Of a DNA stretch of 64,000 nucleotides, positions 53,839 through 64,000 are shown piece after piece. The notes beneath the pieces were generated by a model. That model made no database searches. It was not told the origin of the DNA and saw only the letters and a list, made by a program, of their open reading frames with translations. A program made the translations under genes and the position numbers. Position 1 is the first letter of the stretch, and each line of letters begins with the position of its first letter. The stretch comes from Vicugna vicugna (Eukaryota), in the NCBI GenBank assembly GCA_013265495.1, contig MU057651.1:186001-250000 (forward strand), in the 5' to 3' direction.

Positions 53839-53851
53839 GTTGCTAGGGAAC
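53839..53851. promoter_or_regulatory. RFX X-box motif
   Basis: GTTGCTAGGGAAC (reverse GTTCCCTAGCAAC) in unique sequence. Confidence 0.45.
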
Positions 53852-55291
53852 ATAGTTACCTTCTGTTACTCCAATCAATTTTAGAAAAATAACCCATCCA
53901 GTATTAAATTTTACTTGTGAATCCATGTTCTACACATTTCAAGCCGAATAAAATCATGATAAATACTATGTAAAACATTATGATTGTGACTAGTATATTT
54001 CAGGATGTGTGAGTCTGCATTACTCGGACATCACTCCAATTTACTGCTACATTATGTTATGGGAGAGGTCAACCAGGAAATGGGCCAGGGCTTTTAAAAA
54101 ATCCAGTGTTCAGCCAATTCTATTAGTTCCAAGTGCTTTGTTCTTTTCCTCTGTGAGGATATATCAGCTTAGCATAATAGGTCCAGTTTTCAAAAAGCTG
54201 CATTTGATTTATTTCTTCTGGAAATTCAGCTTTCAGCCTGAAAAAAAAAATAAGGTGCTTGTATTTAAATACCCTACACCAAACTGGCAGGTAGAATTAT
54301 GGAATCAGAAAAGACTTCTCTTGGAGCCTGATTACTGAAGCACATTTTAAATAATAAACTGTGAAGGAGAATTAACATTTTCTTCCCATGATCTTGATGT
54401 CAAGAAGTAAGGGTACAGAATCTTAGGGGACCAAATACTCTGATTTCTTGAAAGCCTGCCTTAGAGGCTTTAATGCAGTCATTACTTCACAAGTGTGACT
54501 TCAAGTATATATGATTCAAGAATTTAAAAAAGGAGTAGGCAGTTTTAAAATGTATCAATCAAGGAAGTAGCAAAATACTTGTCATTAAACAGATAATCAG
54601 CATTGCAAAAATTGGCTTATGACATGCACAGAAATCCTATGCTATGGCCAAATAATATCATTGCCCAAACTGAACCCACTAGCATTTTTTTTTAATTCTC
54701 TGAAATTTAAAAGATAGTATTAAAGGATAATTTTACATGACTTTCATTCAAATGTAAAATGAACATGTGTCGAAGATTTTATTTAACTAATAAAACAGAG
54801 CCAGAAAGATGTTATTGATTCAAAGGCAAATTTGAAGGATAGAAATAGCTTACAAAATGGATTTACAAATAGCTTTAAAACTGGCTTTTTCCACAAGGAG
54901 AGGGAAATCAATTGTCTCTCCTCTGGACAGAATTCACTTGCGTATGGAAAAATCATTTGCAGTGATTTCAGTTATCTACAACTTAGAACTGTAAAATAAT
55001 TCAAAGACAATAAAAAGTGGAGATGATGCTGATGGGTAAACTCAATAGGATACCCACCAATATTTTTTTTCCTGACAATAGAATCTGTATATGCAAGAAA
55101 TGGTTACTTTCATTAAGGTGATTTAAGTTTTCCCTTCTTCAAACATAGTCTTATAGATTGCTATTGTACTTCATAATTTTATTGTTAATTTGTATGTGTG
55201 GTTAATTTACAGAACATGCTCCAGTTCTTCCTGTGAGTGAATTGAAGACTAACTAGGAGAGCTTCTTATAATCCTTTAAAGAAGAACGTTT

Positions 55292-55764
55292 TTGTGGTAG
55301 GTGGAATTCTAAGATGGCCCCTAAGATTCCCACCCTTTGGTGTGCACACCCTGTACAGTAACTTCCCCTTGATTGTGGGCGGGCTCTGTGAATATGATGG
55401 CAAAGGGATTTTGCAGATTTTGCTTGTGAGTTAATCAAAATAAAATTATCCTGAGTAGGCCTGACCTAATCAGGTTAGCCGTTAAAGGAGGTAAGAAGCA
55501 ACTGTTGACCTTGAAGACAGCTACCATGAATTCAGTAGTCGCAGGGAAATGAAGTCTTCTAATACCACATGATCTTAGAAGAGAGTGTAGAGCCTCGGAT
55601 GAGACTTCAGCCTTGGCCAACACCTTGAATTGAGTCTAGTGAGATGATAATGAGCGAAACCAGCTAATCCATGCCCAGACTCCTAACCCATGGAAAGAAA
55701 TGAGTGTTTTCTTAAAGCTGCCAAGTTTGTGGAATTTTGTATACAGTAATAGAAAATTAATATA
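55292..55764 (+). mobile_element. MLT1 (E/F-like) MaLR LTR
   Basis: tgtggtaggtggaattctaagatggcccc...cagtaatagaaaattaata. Confidence 0.85.
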
Positions 55765-56354
55765 CTTTCCTTTTTCTCTAAGAAGAATTGTCCCTTCCCC
55801 AAATAAATAAATGGATATAGGTAAATAAGTGAACAAGAAAGCAAACAAATAAGAAAAAAACCCACAGGAATAATTTCAGAACTTGGTTAGGATAACTACA
55901 TGTTTTGAATAGCAGTTGACCCTCCTCCAATCAGATAAAGATAATAAGAATCTCTGGAAAAAATATGTATTTTTTTGGAGGGTTTCCTGTCAGATTTGTT
56001 TCTGTGCAGTATGTTTTTCACGCACTATGATCATGTGTGCCTACCATTGTTCCCTAGTTCCTAGAATAGTACCTGGTACGTAGTGGATGGTAAGATAATA
56101 TTTACTGAGTATAGAAAAGATGAGATGAATAAATAAAGAAGTGTGTTTGTTTGTTATTATTTAAGGATATTTTCTAGTCTTAATTCTTGTGTCTCTGTCT
56201 ACATCAAATGTGGTTAATAAAATTCCTAAACAGTACACACTATGTGCAGTAGAATACCTAAGAGCAATTCACACAAGCCTGTGGCTCTGGCTTCCTGCTC
56301 ATTATTATTTCTTTCTTTTCCTTTCCTGATGAACAGACTTCTATGTTTTCTGTC

Positions 56355-57068
56355 TTTTAAAAAATAGCTTTATTGAGATATAATCCATATATCATACAAT
56401 TCACCAATGTAAAGTTACAATTCAATGGATTTTATTATATTCACAGAGTTGTGCAACCATCACTGTAATCTCTGTTATATTTTTTTAATTAAACAATAGA
56501 TTTTACTCACTTCTGTTAATGTGATTAGGCACCTAGTATCCTTGTAAACCCACTATGTTGACTGGAAACTGCTGATTTCTTTTTGCTGAAAAATTTAGCT
56601 TTCTCTATGGCATTAGTATATCTAAGTTGAAAGTGTTTTCCTTAAAATGTATATGATCCTTACAATAGAATATTATTAGGCAATAAAAAGGAATGTGGTA
56701 CTGATACATGTTACAACACAGATGAACCTTGAAAACAGCATACTAAGTGAAAGAAGCCAGCCACAGAAAGCCATGTATATAATTTCACTTAGTCATTTAT
56801 ATGTAATATCCAGATAGGCAAATCCCTAGAAATAGAAAGTAGATTAGTGTTTGTCAGACACTGGGGAGAGGTAAATGAGGAGTGACTGCTAATGGATACA
56901 GGGTTTCTTCTGGGGGTGATGAAAATGTTCTCAAATTAGATTATGGTGATGGATAGTTGCACAGCTCTGTGAATATATTAAAGAACACTGAATTATATAA
57001 TTTAAATGGGTGAATTTTATGAGATATATATATATATAAATAAAATATCTCAATACAGCTGTTAAGAA
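56355..57068. mobile_element. Two L1MB-like 3' ends in opposite orientation (about 56355-56470 minus; 56650-57068 plus)
   Basis: gctttattgagatataat...gttgtgcaaccatcac and ctgggggtgatgaaaatgttct...atctcaatacagctgtt. Confidence 0.8.
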
Positions 57069-57244
57069 CGTATAGAGGTAGGCAGGAATTTCATTCTGTC
57101 TAATTAAATAGAGTGAAATATAATTATCCTGAAGGACAATTTTTAGAAAAGTTATAAATATTGATTCAAACATTAACCAAATTTTTAAAGAGCTTTTTGT
57201 TTGTTTCTCATATTTGTTTATTTAAATTTTTACATGAAAAAAAT

Positions 57245-59845
57245 ATGATTGCTGGTGAATTCCATCAAACATTTAAGGAAGAAATAATATGAATTCTACA
57301 AAAACTCTTCCAAAAAATGGAGGGGAGGTACTTCTTTCCAATTCATTCTGTGAGGCCAGCATTACTCTGATACCCAAACCAGACAAAGACATTAGAAAAA
57401 ATGAAACTACTGACCAATATCCCTCATGAGCCTAGAAGCACAGTCTTAAACAAAACTTCAGCAAATTGAATACAACAATATATAAAAAGAATAACATATC
57501 ATAACAAAGTTGGGCTTATCCCAGGAATACGAAGTTGATTTAACAGTCAAAAGAAATCAATGTAACACCTCATACTAACAATTTAATACACACACAAACA
57601 TATATGATCTCAATAGATCCAGAAAAGTCATTTGACACAATTCAACATCATTCCTTATTTTTTAAAACTCTCAGCAAAACAGGAATCAAAGGAAGCTTTC
57701 TCACCCAGATGAAGAACAACTATGGAAAACATAGGTAGTATCATATTTAATGGTGAAAAACTGAATGATTTCCCCCTAAAGTCAAGTAGAAGACAAGAGT
57801 GTTCATTCTTGCCACTTCTTTTTGACATCATACTAGAGGTTCTGACCAGTGTAATCACGCAGAAGTGAAGGAAGGAAGGAAGGGAGAGACTGAGAGAAGG
57901 AAGGAAGGAAGGAAGGAAGGAAGGAAGAAAAGGCATCTGTACAGGAAATAAAAAAGTCAAACTGTCTTTATTCATAGACAACTTTGAAAGTCTATGTAGA
58001 AGATCTGATAGAATCCACAAAAAACTGAGTTTATCAGGTTGCAGGCTATAAGATCAATATACAAGGAGCAATTTTATTTTTATATGTTAGCAATGAACAA
58101 TCAAGAATTTAAATTTAAAGATCAATGCAGTTTGTGATAGCACTTAGGGATCAAAAGCACTTAAGGATAGTACTTAGGCATAAATAGGAATAAAGCTGAC
58201 AGAATATGTGCAAGACCGAAAACTACAAAACATGGCTTAGATAATTGAAGACCTTTAACTAATACACCCTGTGCCTGGATTAGAAGGCTCAATATTTTAA
58301 AGAGGTCAATTCTCCCAGAATCTATAGATTGGTTCAATGCAATCTTAATTAAAATCCCAGTTTGCTTTTCTGAATAACTTGACAGGCTGATTCTAAAATG
58401 CATATAAAAATGCAAAGGACCTAGAATAGCCAAAACTACTCTGAAAAAGAACAAAGTTGGTGACTAATGCTATCTGATTTCAAGTCTTATTATAAAGCTA
58501 CAGTGATTAAGACAATGTGGTATTGGCATCAAGATAAACAGATCAGTGGAACAGAATAGAGTCCAAAAATAAACCCACATATATGAACAACTGATTTTTG
58601 ACAAAAGTGCAAAGGCAATTCAGTGGAGAAAGGATTTTTTTTAAATAAATGATGCTGAAACAAGTGGTTATCCATATGCAAAAAATCCCAAAACACAAAA
58701 CTTCAATCTAAACCTCACACCATACACAAAATTGAACTCAAAATGGATCAGAGACCTAAATGTAAACCTAAAGCTATAAAGCTTTTCAAAGAAACATATG
58801 AGAAAATCTCTATGACCTTTGGTTAGGAAATAGTCTCTTAGATACAACACCATAAGCACAACTCAGAAAAAAATAAAAGACTTCATGGAAAATAAAAACT
58901 TTTGCTCTTCAAAAGAGACTGTTAAGAGACTGAAAAGACAAGCTACTGGGAGAAAATATTTGCAAAGCATATTTCCCATAAGAGACTTACATCCAAGATA
59001 TATAAAGAACACTCAAAACTTAATAATAAACAAACAACCCAATTGAAAAAAAAGCAAGAGATTTGAGCAGACATTTCACCAAAGAAGACACATGGTTCAC
59101 AAATAACCACGTGAAAAGATGGTCAACGTCAGTAGTCATTAAGGGTTTTATTGCAAATTATAATGTGATATGTATTGGCAAGGATGTGAAAGAACTGGAA
59201 TTCTCATAACCCTGATGATGGAAATGTAAAATGATACAGCCACAAATGAGTTTGGCACTTTCTTAAAAAGTTAAATGCACAGATGCCATATGATCCAGAT
59301 ATTCCATCTCTCGGTATTTACCCAAGATAAAAGAAAGTGTGTGTTCTTACAAAAATTTGTACATGAATGATTACAGCAGCTTTATGTGTAGTAGCCAAAA
59401 AGTGGAAACAACTCAGATATCCATCAACAGGTGAATGGACAAATTTGTATATATTCGTACCATGGAATACTACTCGTTAATAAAAAGAAACGAACTGTTG
59501 CTGTAACAAAATGAATGAATCTCAAAAGAATTTTGCTGAGTAAAAGAAGCCAACCCAAGAAGAGCACTCATGATTCCATTTATACAAATCTTAAGAAAAT
59601 ACAAACTGATCTGTATTGACAGAAAGCAGGTCAGTACTTGCTTGAGGAAGGGGAGAGTAAAGAGGGGTAGGAGAGAGGGATTACCATGGGGCAAGAGAAC
59701 ATTTGCCTGGTGATGGATATGTTCACCATCCTGACTGAGGGGATGGTTTCACATGTGTATACATATGTCAACATTTAACAAATTGTATGCTTTAAAGATA
59801 TACAGTTTATATCATTTTCTTCAATAAAGCTGTTTCAAAAAACCT
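57245..59845 (+). mobile_element. Old L1M ORF2-3'UTR remnant with internal (GGAA)n at about 57868-57927
   Basis: ccaattcattctgtgaggccagcattactctgatacc and further L1 ORF2 sequence; ends aataaagctgtttcaaaaaa. Confidence 0.9.
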
Positions 59846-60834
59846 CACTGAGTGAAAAGTGTAATTATCTTCACCATCCTTATTGGCATCTGCTGTAATA
59901 AAAATCTTATTTTACAATGGTCTGTTGATCACAAGGCAAAGTGATTTCTTTTTCTTCTTCCTTGGAATAGCTGAACATATAGGAGAATCAATAAATTAGG
60001 AAACTTTAAACCTAGAGCCATAGGCTTTAAAGAATTTTAACCTGGAATATTCCTTGTGTTAATGATGATATTAATGTAGTTAAATTGAGCAAAACATTCC
60101 TAATCCTGAAAGCTTAAAATTAGGGTTCTTATCAAAATACACATACATGATGTCAGTGCAAATCCCCCAACCATTTATGAAGTTATTTTGACATATACCA
60201 ATCTATTTTTCCATTCAGACATTTTAAGTAAGCCCTTTTAGTGTGGGGAGGGTTGTAACTTTTTCTGTAAGGTGAGTGGAAGCTATTCCATGGCTACATT
60301 TCCTACTAGCGAAGAAAAGAATTTTGACGACAAATGGATAATTCAAGAAAATACGTTTCATTTGGTAAATGAATATCAGATTAGTAGGGTTTAATATGGA
60401 TGTTTATCTTTGACTTTTTTCCTCTTTGATTCTAGCATTCTCAATATAAAGTTCAGCATTTTAGTCGTGATTCTACTTCAGGCTAATTATCTTGGTTGCA
60501 GAGTTCATGATTGATTGTCCTATTCGATTACTGTATTGTGCTAGTAGTGAGTATATTGCAGAAGTAACCAATCACACAGCTCTTACGTATTCAACAGCTT
60601 ACTAAGGGGGGCTTCCTAATTTTTTAGGCAGGGAATACTTAAGAGCAATTTGTCTCTGGAAGCCCTGAAATATGGTGCTTTGGAGAGGTGGGAATAAGTG
60701 ATCTCAAATTTAGACTTATGTTTTCCTGTGTATTTAAGGGTTACATGAATAAATTACATATATTTAAAATCCAGAAAATATGGGGTTAGAAAACAGTCAG
60801 TGTGAGTACATACTTAGGAATTTATAGTGCTTTT

Positions 60835-61350
60835 TAAATTTTTATTTTTCCTTCCAGTTTCATTGAGATCTAATGGACTACAGCACTATATAAGTTTAAG
60901 GTGTACAGCATAATGATTTGACTCACATACATCATGAAATGATCACCACAATAAGTGTAGTGAACATCCATCATCTCATAGATACAACATTAAAAAAATA
61001 GAAAGAATATATTTTTTTCTTGTGATGAGAACTCAGGATTTACTCTCTTAACAACTTTTGTATATAACATACAGCAGTATTAATTATATTTATCATGTTA
61101 TACATTATATCCCTAGTACTTATTTGTCTTATATCTAGAAGATTTTACCTCTTGACTACCTTCAGCCAATTCCCCCTCCTTCTACCCCTAACCCCCCTCC
61201 TCTGGTAACCACAAATCTCATCTCTTTTTCTATGAGTTTGTTTGTTTATTTGTGAAGTATAATTGACCTACAGTTCCTGTTATACAACATAGTGATTCGA
61301 TATTTCTATACATTTCAAAGTGATCACCACATTAAGTCTAGTTACCATTG
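60835..61350 (-). mobile_element. L1 3' UTR fragment (laurasiatherian L1MA9-like)
   Basis: taagtttaaggtgtacagcataatgatttgac...ctctggtaaccacaaatct. Confidence 0.8.
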
Positions 61351-61953
61351 TGATGTATTTTTTGTACCAGAATATATTCACTGAAAAGTTTGTTCTCAAA
61401 AACCAGAAAACTTGGGCCAAGACAGAAGGAAAGGATTCCTTGCATATTTCCCCAGTTACACTTTGTATCCTTTAAGCATTAAATTTATGGGAAAATCTTT
61501 TACTTTGTTCTGAAATATAAACATCAAGTTTATGTTGTTATCATAGCACCGATAAATCAAGCAAATTCCTATTTTTATCTGCAGTCTAACTCAGGCAAAA
61601 TCAAGGTTTTCTCTTCATTCAGATTTTTGAGAAAAATTTGGCTGCACAAACCTGTGCAGATTGTTGTGGGCTGAAGAGTAACATAGATGGTCTTTTCTAC
61701 AGACTTGATGTTGAAGTAAAGGAGAAAGAGAAAGCAGGAACCTTGATAGGAAGGTAGAGGTGAAGGATTTGGGATAGAAAGAAAGCAGACAATGGAGAGG
61801 AGATTGAAAATAGATTGAACAACAGCGATGGAGCCAGGTCCTGAAAAATCCAAGAAATGGAATCAAACTTGTAAGAGGCTTACTTTGAAAAGAAGTAAAA
61901 ACAGCCCTTCCTCTGAAACAGGAGGGAAAGAAAAGTTTAGTTATGACAGATAT

Positions 61954-63900
61954 TGTAGATGGCTCACTCAACACGCACCCTTACACACTTCCCACTGAAA
62001 TCTTTCTCATCTTTGGAGCGAAGGTTCTGCATGTAATGAGACCTGGAAGAAGGAAGTGAGCAATGTGTGACATTAGCCACATGTAGCAAGACTGGATTAT
62101 TGACAAATACACTGGCAAAGGAATTTCATTCTTCTGGAGTCAGCCATGGAGGCGGCTGCCTGGAAGAAGCAGCATGCTTCTGGGGCCTGTGTCAATAGCA
62201 GCTCCCTTAAGCCAGTTCTGTAGTTAGGTTTAGGGAGTTGTTTCTAGAAATGTAGTACACATTTTGTTCCTTCAGGTCTCCCAATGATTCTCAGGATTAT
62301 CTAATAACCTTTAATAAATTCAGCTGAGTTTAATTATTAAACTATCTAGAATGAAATCTTTGATCTATTTCTAAGAATCCTTACCTATACAGTAATTGCG
62401 ATCAGAATGGTGCTGCAAGCGACAGTATCTAAAATGTGTTATTGGCTGAATGGAGACAATGGAGAAATAAATATTAAAGATGCAACTGTATCAGTCTGGA
62501 AAGCTTGTGACTATGGTCAAATTTGCCTGCTTTTCCTCAGGGTATAAACCAAGTGTCAACCAAGGCTGTAGGATTAAGAAAAGTGGTAGGAAATTTCAGA
62601 AGTTGCCTTCTTGTAGTTTTTACAAAAGTTCCATAAGAAAGTGATGAACTCATGCTGAGAAATGGAAAGAAAAATAAAGGTACTAAGAGGGGTGCTTTTA
62701 GCCTTTGGCCTGCAATTTAAGTTTACTGAAATTCCTGTAATTTGAAGCCTTGCAGGGTTGAAGAAGCTAAAGCCTTCTATACGCCAGAGGAAGCCATCAA
62801 CAGTGGTGAGAACAAAGCTGTAGCCTTAGCAGTAAATAAGATTGATTCTCTGCTAGACACATTCTCTGATCAAATTAATAGTGTTTTCTTCTCAACAGAG
62901 CTTATTGTTTCACATGTCCTGAAGGTAGTGGTCATTAAGTTAAAGAGAAGAGGAAAACGGATGGAGTGCAAAGATAAGCAGCTAAAAGCCCCAAATTCTC
63001 AAGCTTAAAAAATTTGTCCAGACCAGTGGTCCTCCAAGTGTAGTCCACTGACTGGCTGTCAGTTCAGGAATTTTTGGTACTGGTCTGAGATGAGAAAAGG
63101 AACTTGAACCAGAATGTAAATTAACTTTGACACTAAGATCACTGTTTAATTCAGCTGACTTTTTTTATATGAAGACTCTCAGTGCAGGAAGCAGTGTGTT
63201 CATTTACATTTTGATGTAAGCACCTCACCTTGTCACAGTCTGGAACCTTGAGTAGAACTAGTTTAGGAAAGATCCTTGGCTGAGGTTATTCACATATGGA
63301 TAGATTAGAAATAAATTGCTAAAAATCTACTACATTTTGAGGGACTATATTGCCAACAATATCTAAAGCTGACTGGAGCAGTCTGTGACTGTTAAACCCC
63401 ACAACAATCCCCAGGATTCTGAACCTGTGCCAACAAGAAGCAAGCTGCCCAAAGCTATGTGGCTTTCAGAAAGGACATCCTTGACAAAACCCAGCTCAGA
63501 TGTAACCAGGAGGAAAATGTACAAGGAAGAACTATGAGAAAGCAGAATCAGTGAAAACAGAGGGCAATGGACAAGAGAAATCCTCCCAGACAATTTCAAA
63601 GATTTCAAAGGCCACCAGATGACCTAATCAAGGAATTTATTCTACTGCTGAGGCAAGCAAACTTCACTATTCCTGTTTAGGATTTCTTAATATTTGTGAG
63701 GATTTTGAGTTCTGCATTCTCTTTTTTCTGATGGGAATTTTTGCTTTGGTATCTTCTGCCACATTCAAACATGATGGAGAGGACTTCACATCACCCAGAA
63801 ATCCTGAGTTTGTTACTGAATCTAGGAATTAGATGAGATTACTACCTCTCTTGGAAGGAAGAAGGTGAGTGTGTTCCATAAGTGGGAAGAAGGATGTACT
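61954..63900 (+). mobile_element. Ancient ERVL-type element: LTR16/LTR33-like LTR (about 61954-62391) plus degenerate internal sequence, interrupted by a hAT MITE (about 63022-63260)
   Basis: LTR end cccaatgattct...ctttaataaatt...ctaagaatccttacctataca followed by a gtaattg..cagaatggtgctgc leader; MITE start cagtggtcctccaagtgtagtcc. Confidence 0.55.
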
Positions 63901-64000
63901 TAGATGTTCATTAAGTAGAGGAGTAGATGGAAGGAGAGAATACAAATTCCTTACCCAATATCCATTTCCCGTTTTTTTTTAACTAACAAAGCCCCAACTT

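Noticed and set aside
61575..63608. ORFs of 81-119 aa near the window end
   Set aside because: Lie in purine-skewed or degenerate ERVL-like sequence; no gag/pol or cellular motifs recognised
1..64000. CRISPR arrays, operons, tRNA/rRNA genes, processed pseudogenes or a novel multi-gene system
   Set aside because: No repeat-spacer arrays, long ORFs or recognisable structural RNA or retrocopy sequence seen; the content is explained by mammalian repeats and intron-like DNA

Overview
Mammalian genomic DNA. It is AT-rich and CpG-depleted, and well over half of it is recognisable interspersed repeat. The young L1 3' ends resemble artiodactyl, probably camelid, L1s, and I saw no Alu, Bov-tA/BovB or PRE1 SINEs; the species call is an inference. 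I found no convincing protein-coding exon of a known gene. The recognisable ORFs in the track are L1 ORF1/ORF2 remnants and the rest look like chance ORFs. The main functional feature is a small CpG-rich promoter at about 8.47-8.9 kb, with an RFX X-box next to a palindromic CRE. It is followed by a + strand splice donor and a probable 26-nt second exon, which suggests the non-coding 5' end and long first introns of an unidentified RFX/CREB(CREM)-type (ciliary or testis-like) gene. Upstream (1-6.3 kb), an old L1M fragment has been hit by nine ERV1-type LTRs, including a four-level nest with TSDs. Downstream are TSD-flanked young L1s, a twin-primed inverted L1, a full-length-derived L1 inside an MLT2 LTR, extra X-boxes, CTCF-like motifs, and a minus-strand AG|GTAAGT site that could be a recursive splice site or part of a 111-aa two-exon ORF. 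I found no evidence for a new multi-gene system. Repeat family names come from recalled consensus similarity, not from a search.
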